From Mobula hypostoma (taxonomy: Eukaryota): 64,000 nucleotides of DNA. Where the stretch lies: assembly GCF_963921235.1 (NCBI RefSeq), contig NC_086097.1:45882001-45946000 (forward strand), written 5' to 3'. The position numbers were made by a program, and so were the translations under genes. The notes under the pieces were generated by a model that did not search any database, was not told the DNA's origin, and worked only from the letters and a program-made list of their open reading frames with translations. Positions 26,545-39,751 of this stretch are shown here, piece after piece (position 1 is the first letter of the stretch; every line of letters begins with the position of its first letter).

Positions 26545-27092
26545 GATGTCCATGGCTGCCTCTACTGACGTGATGAGGACAAACTCAGTTTGGAGAACAA
26601 CACCTTTATTCTAGAATAGTCTGTGTAGCCTCTACATGCGATGGCATCAATGTTGATTTTACCAACTTCTGGTAATTCCCCCCCCCCCCCACCCCAGCCC
26701 CAATTCCTCGTTCTGGTTACTCTCTTGTCTCTTCTTCCTTGCATCCTTTACTTCCCAGTGGTTCACTATCTTTTTCCATTGCCTATTATCTTATTAGATT
26801 CCTCCTCCTTCAGTCCTTTACCTCTTCCATTTATCCCTTACCAACTTGTTTCACCTTCCCCCACGCTCCCACCCTCTTACCTGGTCTTACCTATCACCTG
26901 CCAGTTTGTGCTTCATCCCTTCCGCTGACTCTTCTATTTCTGGCTTTACCCCTTTGCTTCTAATCCAGATGAAGTGTTTCTCCTTGAAGCACTGCTTATT
27001 CCCTTCCATAGATGCTGCCTGGTTTGTCGAGTTCCTCCAGTATTTTGTGTTTGTTTCTCTAGATTTCCAGCATCTGCAGAATCTCTTGTGTT
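26545..27092 (+). mobile_element. Penelope-like element 3' end, older copy
   Basis: GIY-YIG C-terminal remnant LENNTFI..DGINVDFTNF; pyrimidine tract; degenerate hammerhead at about 26965; standard tail. Confidence 0.75.
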
Positions 27093-27808
27093 TGGGATGT
27101 TTGCAGTCTATTCTTGATATGACAGGGTCTAGAAGACTTGTTTACATTGGTGTGAATATGACTTGCTTCAGATTACACATCTACAAAACAGAGCCTAACC
27201 AACCCTTTCCTCATTGATTTGCATTATCATTGCTTAATCACCCTTAAGATGGTCGGGGGTAGGAAGGAGTATTGGGGTTTGGGCAGGTGGTGGAACGTAC
27301 TGAATGAATTTGAGGGCTAGTTGGTAGATGGTATCAGTCTACCAGAAGTTTAACTGGAACCACAAAAGTAGCTTCAAGAGATGGTCAGTGGATGAACATC
27401 CTGTAGCCAAGTGATTCATTTTTGTAACTGTTTGAAGCAAGGGCCAGAAAATGCTTGCTGCACTTTTGTCTGTCTACTGTATGGCAACATGGCACTGTTT
27501 TCATTGCATAGATTGCAGCATTTCAAGAAAGTGGTTTTTTTAAGTGCCATGACCCCACTAACAGTGAATGTAGGGGAAAAACAACTGCCCCGGGCAATAA
27601 TGTCCACCTGTTTTTGAATAAAAGAAAGATGTTGGTGGTAGTTTTATTGTCACTATGCTTAATTTTTGATGCTGATCTTGGTATAAATTCATACCTAAGT
27701 TTATAATTTAATTAATTGTTTTACCTATAATTGTCTTGTTACAGCCAGTAGGGAGCTAGAGGTCTATAGTTTGTGGTTTGGGTCCATGTATCAATATACT
27801 GTTGTCCA

Positions 27809-28478
27809 AGCTTCAAATTGCTTGGTGTCCACATTTCCGAGGATCTCACCTGGTCCCTGAACTCCTCCATCCTGATCAAAAAGGCGCAACAGCACCTTTA
27901 TTTCCTGCAAAGCATGAAGAAAGCTCACCTCTGCCCCAGGATACTGACGGACTTTTACCGCTGTGCCATTGAGAGCATATTCACCAACTGCATCTCAGTG
28001 TGGTATGGCAATTGTTCCGTATCAGACCGCAAAGTACTCCAGCGTGTGGTGAAAACTGCCCAGCGGATTATCGACACCCAATTGCCCACCATTGAGAACG
28101 TCTACCATAAATTCTGCCTGGGCAGGGCGAAAAGCATTATCAGGGATGCATCTCACCCTAACCATGGACTTTTTACTCTCCTCCCATCCGGTAGGCGCTA
28201 CAGGAGCCTCTGCTCCCGCACCAGCAGGCACAGGAAGAGCTTCTTCCCTGAGGCTGTGACACTGCTGAACCTCTCATCACAGCGCTAAGCAGTATTGCAT
28301 CCGTATTGTACTGTCTCAGTACTTTTATATTTGTGTGCTGTAGCAATTTTTTTATTCGCAGTTATTTTGTAAATAACACTATTCTTTGCATTTCTGGTCA
28401 GATGCTAAATGCATTTCATTGGCGTTGTATCTGTACTTGGCATAATAACAATGAAGTTGATTTGAATCTAATCTAATC
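27809..28478 (+). mobile_element. Rex1/Babar LINE 3' fragment
   Basis: FKLLGVHISEDLTWS..KKAQQHLYFL..SHPNHGLFTLLPSGRRYRS; (AATCT)n tail; close copy at 46048. Confidence 0.88.
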
Positions 28479-29589
28479 AATACAACCATTGGCCGTCAAT
28501 ATTTGTACTAAGATTGGTGGTCAAAATGACTTAAAATAAAGTGCCTAGATAGCACATTGCTATGCTATCAAGAGCACAAAGACAATGAAGATTTAAGATG
28601 CTCCCTGTACAGAAGTATGTCTTTAAAGCTTTAAATACGAGGATCTTGAGACAAAAAATGGAAGCATAACTGGTAAAATGGTAGCTATTGAGCCAATGCA
28701 TTCTAGATGATGTAATCACAAAATCAAATGTGGATCTGTTTGATAGCTAAAACAAATGGGCTTCTGAAAAAGTTTGCTGAAGAAGTGTTTGAAGCATTAA
28801 GAATTAGGTTGCACCAGATGGAAACGTAGGCAATGTTTGGAAAATGTCGTGCAGTGAGAAAGTGGACTGGAGCAAGCCCATGGCTGATTTATGTAAGAAT
28901 GGGGAATATGCAGCACAGTTTGTTGGAATACCTTTAACATTTTCACATACATTTGCAATGAGACACGATTTAATGTGTCCCACTTGATCAGACCTATACA
29001 ATAATGGAAAGTGGAGTGCGCATTTTACATTGTGATGCACTAAGTGGGCGTGGAAAACATGAAGTCTGAATATGCAAACTAAAAACAATTAGGAAATGTG
29101 AATTTTACAACTTGTAATGAAAATGCTTGGATGGTACCAGAAGGTTTGGGAAATTGACAGCATTTTTTCTACATCAGAATAAGAACAGAATAAAAACTTT
29201 GATTCTTGATCTTAGCATGATGTCCAGATTGTGCAGAAATTCACACCACGTCCAATAGCCAACGCTTTCACCCAAGTGTCACTTCCTAAGTTTTGCTGAG
29301 AAAGTTTTGTTTTTGATGATACTCGGCTGCATCGGTAATTCGATGACAAATAAAGCAGCGGTATCAGAATTATTGTATGAACCAGTGAGCTACACCTGTA
29401 CCTCAAACCTGTTTTGCATGCTACAAATTTGTTACTAACATAACATATAATTAGAACTGCAGCTTTAAAAAAACATATTCCTTGTTAAGGCTTCTGTTTT
29501 GTCACATTGTTTAGATGTTTCAAATGATCGACATTGGACTGGGAACTCTGTTTTTCTGCTCAAGGATGTGATTCATGGTATTGAGCTGA

Positions 29590-30580
29590 GTTAGAACAAT
29601 ATAGCACAGGAACAAGTCCTTCAGCCTGTCATGTCTGGACTGACTATGCCATTGATTTAAACTAACATGATCTGTATACCTCTATTACCCTTTCTGGTCT
29701 TTTGCCTGTTGAAATGCTGCTTAACTGTTGCTCGTGTATCGGCTTCTACCACCTTCACAGGCAATTCATGATAGGCACCTAGCACTTGGAGTGTGGGGTG
29801 TATGTGTGTATATTTGCTTCAAACCCCCCCCCCCCCCACCTTAATGCTATGCTTTCTAGTATGACATTTTTACCCTGGGAAAAGGTTATCTACCCTTTTC
29901 TATATAGACTTCAGTGAGGCCTTCGAAAGTGTTGTGGTGTATTAGGTCATATGGGATTTGAGGAGGGCTAGTGAGGTGGATTCAGAATTGACTCAATTGC
30001 ATACTCTATTGGATCACCCCTCAGCCTCTTTACCAGAGAAAACGATTCAAGTTTGTCCAGCCTCTCTTTACAGTTACTGCATTCCAATCTAGGCAACATT
30101 CTAGTGAGCTACTTCTGTACCCTTTCCAAAGCCTCCATGTCCTTCCTGGTGTGTGACAAGTAGGGCTGCACACTACTGCAAATGTGGCCTAAATGAAGTT
30201 TTATATAGCAGCAACATGACTTTCTAATTTTTAAACTCAGTGGCCCGGCCATTGATGGCAAGCATGCTATATGTTTCCTTTAACACACTACCACCTGGTG
30301 TAGCCACTCTCAGGAAGCTATGGAGCTGTATCCCAAGATCCCTCTGTGCGTCAGACTGCTAAGGGTCCTACTGTTTTACCTGACTTTTCATTTGCATTTG
30401 CCTACCTAAAATGCATCAGCTCACTTGGGTTAAATTTCATCTGCATTTCTCTGTCCCTATATCCAACTGATCTTTGTCCTGCTCTATGCTTTGACCAGCT
30501 GGCTATCCACAACTTCATGTCATCCAACTTACTAATCAGCCCATCTGAACTTCCATCCAACTCATTAATTTGTACTACAA
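29590..30580 (-). mobile_element. Decayed CR1 3' fragment
   Basis: Antisense MQMKFNPSELMHF and a CR1 tail (agcacaggaacaagtccttcagcc). Confidence 0.7.
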
Positions 30581-31594
30581 ACGTGTTAACTCGTGCCTTC
30601 AGCTTTTCTAAAGCTGCTCTTACATTACAGTATTGTATCCTGTATACTTTTGATGGTCCATGTATCTCCATATCTATATACTGCAAGCTGGCAAAAGGAT
30701 ACTCAAGAAAAAAAAGTCAATCTCTCTCCTTAATGTGTGCTGATAGTGAAGTAGATTATTTATCCAAAAAAATAGAACACCAAAGTTCATTGTTCAGTAG
30801 AATAAACATTGGATGATCCATTGCATTGGAATGCCATTCAAGGGGTGACTTAACTCAGAGCTGATGAGCTGGAGTCCAAAATTCAGGCAGAGGGTCAGTT
30901 ACCTGACCATGTGGATTACATATTGTAGAAATGTTCAGTCACATAGCACAAAAATTATTGCTACAGTTGGGATTCTGGAAGGTCGTGTTGGAGAAGTCTC
31001 AGACCATATTTATTAGATATGTAGTTTTTTGCATCCTGTGTGGATGTTCCCTGTAGTCCTTTACACAACTCGGATGTATCCTGGGGGTAGAGAGAAACCA
31101 GGAGTGGAAAGGGAAAGACTCGGTTGTAGGGTCTGCATAAGAACCAGTGATGATGAAATTGCAAGGAATGCAAGTAGCTCGGGTCAGAATTGAAAGACAG
31201 AACCACAAAGATAGTAATATCCAGCTTTCCTCCTGAGCTGCAGGCAAGTTGGCAAAATGGCAATAAGTTCAGAGCTAAATGTATGTCTCCAGGAATGATG
31301 TGAAGTAAATGGCTTCCAATACATGGGATTACAAAAAAAGAAGCTGTTTCGTTGGGGTCTGGCTTCACTGGAATTGACAGAACGATAGCTTTTAGGACAT
31401 GAAGGGAAATGACAGAGGTGGGACCGGTCAGTGTAGAAGAATGATACTGAAGTGAAAGATCTATCATGATCTTTTTGAGTGGTGCAGCAGTTGTGAGGGG
31501 CCAAATGCCTATTCCTGCTTCTGTGTATATTATGTTCACTAAATAATCTAATCTGTAGTTGTAAAAGTTTTAACTTTTTGTTTTGCATTTTCAG

Positions 31595-31647
31595 TGGATG
31601 AGTACATTGCAATAGCAAAAGAGAAGCATGGCTACAACATGGAGCAG
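31595..31647 (+). CDS. RCOR1: REST corepressor coding exon, ELM2 C-terminal part: (L)DEYIAIAKEKHGYNMEQ
   Basis: Acceptor ttttgcattttcAG; 53 bp (2 nt + 17 codons); donor CAG|GTAATA. Peptide matches recalled CoREST1 (GYNMEQ; RCOR3 has GYNVEQ). Confidence 0.95.
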
Positions 31648-32339
31648 GTAATAATATTTTAAGATATAAAATTTGATCTGTGAGCCAATTCTGTCTGCCC
31701 AATTGCCCTCGTGCTAACTGGCTGGAAATGATTCCTTTCCTCTGGTGCTAATGGTTCCTTTTCACAAATGCCCAGTGTTCTTCAATAAGCCTGTCATTAG
31801 TTTCTATGCCCTGTCAGGTTACTATGGCATCTTCGATTTTCTTGTCGTTTTATCATGTTAGAAATGATATCTCTGACCACCTTGATCATGTCACAATACA
31901 GTACCCAATCATTCTTCTTTCTCTGCCACAGTACCCAAATGATCACAAATAACATTCCCTATATTGATGGGGCTTTGTCTCGAAATCTGTATGGACACTG
32001 TTGTCCTTGGACATCCTTCATTTCCAATTCAGTTGGATTGCGGTCAAATCAACCTGGTTTTAGTCAAAGCAGTTGCAGTAACTAGTTCTTTTCCTATCTT
32101 TGAGTATTATCCCTGAAATTTCTCATGAGTCCATTTTGACCTGTTTATTTGATTCATCACTATTTCTGCCAGATTTTCTCTAACCTCAATTTCCTGTACA
32201 ATCTGTCTAATTGCCTAATTTCTGATAGCAATTAAACATTGGATAAACCAAGGGCTTTGCCTTTTGCACCTGTCTAAACCAAGGATATAATTAACATCCC
32301 TATGTTTCAATCCTTGCCTAAATCTTGTTTATCTCCTTA

Positions 32340-32545
32340 CTTCCAAGTCTACAACCACCTTCTTACAAATTTCTCCACATCTATATCTCTGGTCTTCAAA
32401 CCACTGTCACCCTGGACTCCAGGTGAAGGGTCTCAGCTCAACGTATTAACTGTCCTTTTCCCTCCATTAATGCTACCTGATCCACTGTTCTTCCAGCATT
32501 CTGTGTTGCTCCAGATTCCAGTATCTACAGTCTCCTGTGTCTCAT
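32340..32545 (+). mobile_element. Decayed Penelope-like tail
   Basis: ccaggtgaagggtctcagctcaacgt..gttgctccagattccagtatctacag. Confidence 0.6.
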
Positions 32546-35199
32546 TCTAAATTTCATATCACTCTCTTAATATTTGACTACCTTTCTAATTGCTCCTTTT
32601 GCCTCCTGCTCCTTTTGCTTCTTGCTAGACTTTTGATTGTACACGTAAAGGGCACAGTCTGACATTTTTAATGGTGCTATTAAAAAAAATCCAACTTGTT
32701 AAGAGCATACTTGAGATGGTTTTGCTAATGATGTCAGTCATTCCTTGTTATTTATATGCTTGAATCCAAGTTTAGTATGTTTATTTCAAACCTTCTCTGA
32801 AATTTTCTCAAATATTTCTTAGTAAGTATCCTTTAAGTTCTGTGGGGAAGAAAATTTGACAAGTGCAGAGATGATATTTATTGCTGCGGAGAAAACATGT
32901 TGAGAGTGAATGAGGTTCTGACAAGTGACCCTTGAGTTCTGCGCAATTGCTTTGTTGCATGTAATTGTGATGATGTATGAAAGAAAAGCTGAAATCTGGA
33001 AGTTTCTTTGGAAAAGGATTTCATTTGTTGCAGTTAGTAGTTTGTGTACAATACATGAAAGTTGGCTTTTTTAGTTTTTAGATTCAGTTCTTGATCAATT
33101 TTAAGTGGCGTCACCATTTGTAGGATGTTGTAAGCTACTTTAGCAGTTTCCGTTTCCATTGTGCTTAGAATTTTGTAATGATATTTTTAAAAAACTTATA
33201 AAAAGAGACATGGACATATTTGTCCAATTCATCCTTGTCTTGGGAGTACTGAAAAATGTCTGAGCTGCAGAATTCATCTAGTTCCTTTCCCCTCCTCCCT
33301 CCGTTTGATGAGAAGTAGGTCTTGATTGTAAATTTCAGAGACCATATTGAAAGTATGCAACTATGACTATTTAATCTGTTCGCACAGCAGCTCCTCCTTC
33401 CAAATTTACTTCCATCTGTCATTGCTAGACTTAAGTACTGCTTTAAATTAACTGTAATAGTTTAAGGCTGCTCAGCAAGCTATGCAGCAACTTTCACTGC
33501 CCTGGTGTTGATATGCTAATACATCATGTTGACAATGTTGCACTTTGAGCTACTTAGTATAACTAATTTTTGATTGGAAATATTTTCTTGTATTATGTCA
33601 TACATGTCTTTATGATGCAAAATTGTCACTTTTTGTTATAAAATTTGTCCTGAACTCATCACTTCATTCTGTTACAAGTGGTTTGTAATAGCATTTTTAT
33701 AGTGCAGCCGAAGGGACCATCCAACCATCTGGTTAAATATAAAGCAGCATAAACAAATATATTTCAGATACAACTAAAAGTCTAAACTTTTTATACTGGA
33801 AGCCGACTAATGAAAATCATTGTATTTCAGTTCTACTACATCATTATTTATAAACACACTTTATGTAATACAATTGAATTCGAATCATTCAGCTAAGGGA
33901 CCAGATAGCACTCTGCCAATGATAGAACCAGTTGTACCACTAATCAAGCTGTTCTAGTAGATTTCCAACACCAGCAACCACATGGCAGTATGAGAAATTG
34001 GTTGTCCTGTCTGATAAAAATGAGGCCCAGTCATCGTAATCTGTCATCAGCAAAGCATCATGACATTGCGAATAGTGTTACTGGTGCCTGCTCACTGATA
34101 TTATGCTTGAGTATACTTTTAGAAGTCAGGTAACTGCTGTTAATATCAATGTCATTTTTGACCAAGGCTGGCATTAAAGAAGCCTGGTAAAGCTGAAGTT
34201 GGTGAGCATTATGGGAAGAATGCTCAAATGTTCACTGTTATGTCTTGCACAGGAATATGATTTTAGTTGTCCACTCATCTCATACTTAAGATGTTGTTGC
34301 AGTAGTTTTTGTGTAATATCCTTGATCTAGCGGTCTTCATTGGGTTTATCAATAGCTTTCTTTCCAGTGCAGGATTAGAGGTGAGTTGTTTGATGAATGC
34401 AGATTGACAGATCATTTGCTGCTTTACAGAAAGTAGTGACCCAGCGTGAAGTAGAAAGCATACACGCATAAACTGATAAGTAACAGCAAACATTCCCTTT
34501 TTCCTTTTGCTCCTCTATTCACCATACCAAACATTTATTTTCCTCTACTGTTCATGTGCAGGTTAAGGTCCAAAACTGGAGCAGGACTAATTTTGAGGGA
34601 GCTGGGCAGGATCTAGCAAATGTCATTGGGTTACCTGTTTGAGGGGAAAAGAATGATTGAGAAGTGGGAGGCTTTTAAGGGAAGGGTTGGATTGATCACA
34701 GTAGGTTTATATTGGTCTGCACAACTTTATGCGCATGTATTGTGCTCTGCTGGTCTAAGTTCTAAAAGTGTGAGATTGAATGACCAAGAACAACAATAGG
34801 CTGAAGGCGGAACGTTGGCTGATGAGAGATGTTGAGGCTGTAGTCAGAAAAATGAAGAAAGCATCCATTGGGTTTGGGAGGTTTGGAACAAGTGGATCCC
34901 TCCAACTACAAAAAGGGGGAAGTTGGGAGGGCAAAAAAAAAGGTATGAGATAGATCTAGTAGGTAAGGTTCAGGGAAATCCCAAGTGGTTCTCTAATTAT
35001 ATTAATAGGATGGCTAGGGAGAGAGTAGGTCCTCCTTTTAGATCAGCAGAAGTGGTTGAGGCAGATACAGTAGTATCACTTAAGAAGTACTTGGATCAAT
35101 ACATGGAGAGGTGGGGTTTGGAGGGGTATGGGATGAACTCAGGAAACTGGGAACACACTGGAGGAACTCAGCAGGTCGGGCAGCATCAGTGGAAAAGAT

Positions 35200-35237
35200 C
35201 GGTCGACGTTTCGGGCCGGAACCCTTCGTCAGGACTG
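35200..35237 (-). ncRNA. Minimal type I hammerhead ribozyme motif, best-preserved copy
   Basis: Minus strand reads CAGUC CUGACGA A GGGU-UCCG-GCCC GAAAC GUC GACCG. Confidence 0.75.
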
Positions 35238-35670
35238 TAGGGGGAAGGGGCAGAGGCCCTATAAAGAAGGTGGGGGGAGGGTGGGAAGGAGAAGGCTGGT
35301 AGGTTCCAGGTGAAGAACCAGTAAGGGGAAAGATAAAGGGGTGGGGGAAGGGAGGCAGGGAGGTGATAGGCAGGAAAGGTGAAGAAAGAACAGGGGAAAA
35401 CACACTGGGTAGTAGAAGGAGACGGAACCAAGAGGGAGGTGGTAGGCAGCTGGGGGAGGGGGCAGAGTGACATAGGGGTAGGGGAAGGGAGGGGGAGGGA
35501 ATTACCAGAAGTTGGAGAATTCTATGTTCATACCAAGGGGCTGGAGACCACCTAGATGGTATATGAGGTGTTTATCTTTCCCCTTACTGCTTCTTCACCT
35601 GGAACCTACCAGCCTTCTCCTTCCCACGCTCCCCCCACCTTCTTTATAGGGCCTCTGCCCCTTCCCCCTA

Positions 35671-35708
35671 CAGTCCTGACGAAGGATTCCGGCTCGAAAC
35701 GTCGACGG
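35671..35708 (+). ncRNA. Minimal type I hammerhead ribozyme motif with weakened stem II
   Basis: CAGUC CUGACGA A GGAU-UCCG-GCUC GAAAC GUC GACGG. Confidence 0.65.
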
Positions 35709-35979
35709 ATCTTTTCCACTGATGCTGCCCGACCTGCTGAGTTCCTCCAGCGTGTTGTGAGTGTTGCTTTGACCCCAGCATCTGCAGATTATTTTGTGTT
35801 CAGGAAACTGGGACTAGTTAGGTGGGCACTGTATCTGGCATAGATTGATTGTGCCAAAAAGGCCCATGTCCAAGCTCTTCCCCTTTATGACTCTTATCTG
35901 CACGCTATAGTCTCAGTGCAAGTACAAAGTATATTGAAGTTAACAGGCAAGGCTACTCTAGCAATTCTTGCTAAATTTA

Positions 35980-36595
35980 TTAGCACCATAAAAAGACAAG
36001 GGTGGCAGTGTCACCACCAGCTCCACGTCTCATTCCATCATCTCTGGAGATTCAACACCTCAGTGTTTAAATCCAGGAACTCCCTACCCAATAACACTGA
36101 GGCTACCTTCAGTTGAAGAACTGCGAGGTTGCTCATGGACAATAAATACTGCTCTTGTCAATGACATCTATATTGCATGAATAAATATTAAAAATTATCT
36201 ACCGGATACTCGTCACTATCAAGGAGTCTCGTGTGTCCTCTTGATATTTAACTGCAGTACAAATGGTGAATCTGAGATTTTAATCGTTCTATGGAAATTT
36301 TTGATCAGAAACTCCTCAAGGTATTGAACAGCAAGAGCAAGTCCGAGGTTAGATGTTCAGTTATATGTGACTTTCATCATGACTTTCCACCAGCAACATG
36401 ACAGAAGTCCAGATGAGTACATTTTCAACACTTGGCCTTCATGATAATCCATTTAAATCCTGGATGACCCCACCAAAAAGGTCAAGAATGCCAACTGAAG
36501 TTTAAGGAGATAGTTCCTCATCACCATCTCAAGTGTTGCTGGTAATGAGCAATAGACCATAAGCCTGACAGATACCCACATCCCATAAAAGGATG
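35980..36595 (+). mobile_element. Two very old LINE (L2/CR1-group) 3' remnants
   Basis: aaatccaggaactccctacc..ggacaataaatactg..gcatgaataaat, and caccatctcaag..gagcaata..cccacatcccat. Confidence 0.4.
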
Positions 36596-36919
36596 TTGTT
36601 AACCCACTAAACACAATGACTGTATCTACAATTGAATTTTTTTTTTAGGTAAAGCTTTTTAGTTGGTTTATCACCAATGCTTAGCTTCTAGTAGGTAGCT
36701 ACTGAAGGTAGGTCGTAACTGGTTTCACTTTGAAGTGTTTCTACATACTGAAATTGCAGAGTTTTTGTAATTGGGTTAAGCCACAGATTTTGAAATGCTG
36801 CAAGAGGATGCCAAAAATGTCTTCAGAAATGTTAAGTGTAAAAGAGAGCTGAGAGTAGGTATCGGACTGCTGGAAAATGATGCTGTGGAGGAATGGGATA
36901 GGACTTCATTCCTTGTAAC

Positions 36920-38972
36920 ACAGAAGATTGAGAGGATTTGATAGAAGTATGCAAAATTGAGGGGTATTGATAGTAAATGCAAGAGTCTTTTTCCACTGAG
37001 GTTGGCTGGGATTACAACTAGAGGTCATGGGTTAAGGGTGAAAGGTGAGAAGTTTAAGGGGAATATGAGGGGATACTTCTTCCCTCAGCATGTGAGAGTG
37101 TGGAACAAACTTTATATCAATGTTTAAGAGAAGCTTGTATAGGAACATGGATAGAAGGCTATGGTCCTGGTGCAGTTTGATGGGAGTAGGCAGTTTACAT
37201 GACTGTGCACAGTCATAGGCCGAAGGGCCTGTTTCTATGCTGCACTTTTGTATGACTCTACAGTTTGCAGCGGTCTTCATTGTGAAAGACACTAGCAGTA
37301 TGCCAGAATTCCGAGAGTGTCCAGGGACAGAGGTGAGTGGTTGCCATTACTAGGGAAAAGTTGCTTGAGAAACAGAAATGTCTGAATGTAGTTAAGTCGC
37401 TTGGACCAGTTGGTCAGAAGGAGGTGGCTGAAAAATTGTGGAGGCATTAAGTAATGATATTCTAAGAATCAGTTGGATTCTGGTATTGTTCTGGAGGACT
37501 GGAAAATCGCAAATGTCACTCAATTCTTCGAGAAGGGAGAGAGAGGCAGAAGAAAGAATATTACAGTCTAACCTCAGTGGTTGGGAAAATGTTGGAGTTG
37601 ATTGTTAAGTATGTGTTTTTGGGGTACTTGGCATGTGATAAAATAAGCTGAAGACAGCACGGTATCCTTAAGGGAAGGATTTTCCTGACTAATCTGTTTG
37701 AATTCTTTGAAGAAATAACAAGCAGGAGAGACAGAGGAGAATCAGTGGATGTTTCGTACTTGGATTTTCAGGAGGCCTTCAACAAGGTGCACATATGAGG
37801 CTGCTTAACAAGTTAAGAGCCCATGGTATTACAAGAAAGATTTTAGCATGGGTAGCTGACTGACAGGAGGCAAAGAGTTGGAATAAATGGAGCCTTTTCT
37901 GGTTGGCTGCCAGTGACTCATCATGGTCCACAGTAGTCTGTTGGGACCACTTGTTTTTACATTATAGATCATTGATTTGGATGAAATAATTGATGGCTTT
38001 ATGGCCAAGTTTGCGGACCATATGAAGATGGGTGGAGGGGCAGGTAGTGTTGAAGAAGCAGAGGGGCGCCAGAAGGACTTGCACAGATTAGGAAAATGGG
38101 CAAAGAAGTGAAAGAATACAGTGTCGGGAAGTGTATGGTCATGCACTTTGGTAGAAGAAATAAAAGTGTAGATTATTTTCTAAATAGAGAGAAAATTCAA
38201 AAATACGAAGTGCAAAGGGACTTGGGAGCCCTCATGCCAGATTCCCTAAGTTAATTTACAGGTTAAGTTGTTGAGGAAGGCAAATGGGATGTTAGCTTTC
38301 ATTCAAGAGGACTAGAATATAAAAGCAAGGGTGTAACCAAACCCAATTTCCCTCAGGATCAATAAAGTATATCTATCTATCTGTCTAATGTTACTACTTT
38401 ATAAGGTGCTGGTGAGGCCTGATTTGGAATATTATGAGCAGCTTTGGGCCCCTTGTCTAACAAAGGATGTGTAGATATTGGAGAGGGTTCAAAGATGGTT
38501 CACGAAAATGATTCTGGGATTGAAAGGCTTGTCGTGTGAGGAGCGTTTGATAGCTCTGAAATTCAGAAGAATAGCAGGGGCGGGGTGGAGAATCTCATTG
38601 AAACCTATCGAATGCTGGAAAGGTCTTGATGGAGTATATTTGCAGAGGATGTTTCCTATGCTGGGGGAGTCTAAGACCAGAGGACGCAGCCTCAGAATAG
38701 AGCTGCGTGGCTTTACAATGGAGATGAGGAATTTCTTTAGCTAGGGTGTGGTGAATCTGTATAACTTACTGCAGCAGGTAGCTGTGGAGACCAAATCATT
38801 GGGTATGTTTAAGGCACAGGTTGATAGATTCTTGATTAGTCAGGGCATGAAAGGATAATGGTGAGAAGGCAGGAGATTGGTGATATGAGGGAAGTGGGGC
38901 AGGCATGATGAAATGGCATAGCAGACACAATGGGCCAAATGGCCGAATTCTTATCCTATATCTTATGGTCTA
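36920..38972 (+). mobile_element. CR1 tail (36920-37260) followed by a 1.7-kb CR1 3' fragment
   Basis: EDWKIANVT, LDFQEAFNKV, KFADHMKMG, ERVQRWFTKMI; tail cctatatcttatggtct. Confidence 0.85.
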
Positions 38973-39014
38973 ACACAGGTAAAGAATTTTTCATTACCAC
39001 TTTTAAGGTGTAAA

Positions 39015-39175
39015 ATTGTCCTCCTTCCCTTCCCTCCAACTTTTCAGTCCTGAAGCAGGGTCTTGGCCCCAAACATCAACTATTTATTACTTTCCAGAGA
39101 TGTTGCCTGACCTTCTGAGTTCCTCCAGCATTTTGTGTGTGTTGCTTTGGATTTTCAGCATCTGTAGACTTCCTC
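39015..39175 (+). mobile_element. Decayed Penelope-like tail
   Basis: cagtcctgaagcagggtcttggccccaaacatcaact..gttcctccagcattttgtgtgtg. Confidence 0.7.
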
Positions 39176-39589
39176 GTTTTTATTTTGCCTGTTGGTATCA
39201 CATCATCATATGTTTTTATGTTAATAGTAATCAGAAGTTGCAGATTGTACAATATTTCATTTTGCCTCTTCTCTGTCCACGAGTGTTCCCTCTGACAATA
39301 CTGGCAAACAATGCCTATAATCAGTCACCTTTAGTTGACATGATTTGAAGAGGCAGTAAACCTGAAACCTTCTGAAATTCATGATTAATCCTTCCAATTT
39401 GGTGAAATTTTAACTAATGTTAACTCGTTTATTCAATAAATTGCCAATTTGGTCATAATTTGCAAGTAAATAATGAAACTTAATGGCTCTGTGCAGTTCT
39501 CATTTTAATAGGATAATTTTTCAATCTCCTTTCAATGTTACTGTTTTGAAATTTTCTTTCACCTAGAGTTTTTTTTCCTCTTCCCACAG

Positions 39590-39751
39590 GCCCTAGGCAT
39601 GCTGTTTTGGCACAAACATAACATTGAGAAGTCCTTGGCCGACCTTCCAAACTTCACACCATTCCCAGATGAGTGGACTGTGGAGGACCGGGTGCTCTTT
39701 GAGCAAGCATTCAGTTTCCATGGGAAGACTTTCCACAGAATTCAGCAAATG
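39590..39751 (+). CDS. RCOR1: REST corepressor coding exon, ELM2 end and SANT1: [54 protein letters not shown]
   Basis: Polypyrimidine acceptor ttcctcttcccacAG; 162 bp, phase 0/0; donor ATG|GTAGGA. Near-identical to recalled CoREST. Confidence 0.97.

Larger units (their letters stand above)
35153..35799. mobile_element. Young Penelope-like insertion with inverted pLTR duplication
   Basis: 14-bp TSD TCAGGAAACTGGGA (35139-52, 35800-13); 185-bp inverted arms at 35153-35337 and 35571-35755. Confidence 0.9.
34555..35893 (+). mobile_element. Decayed CR1 fragment interrupted by the Penelope insertion
   Basis: GNPKWFSNYI..RERVGP; tail gtggttgaggcagatacag..ttaagaagtacttggat continues after 35813. 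Confidence 0.6.

Noticed and set aside
30961..31702. 192-aa and 172-aa minus-strand ORFs overlapping the first exon
   Set aside because: No recognisable motifs or domain-like composition; treated as spurious.
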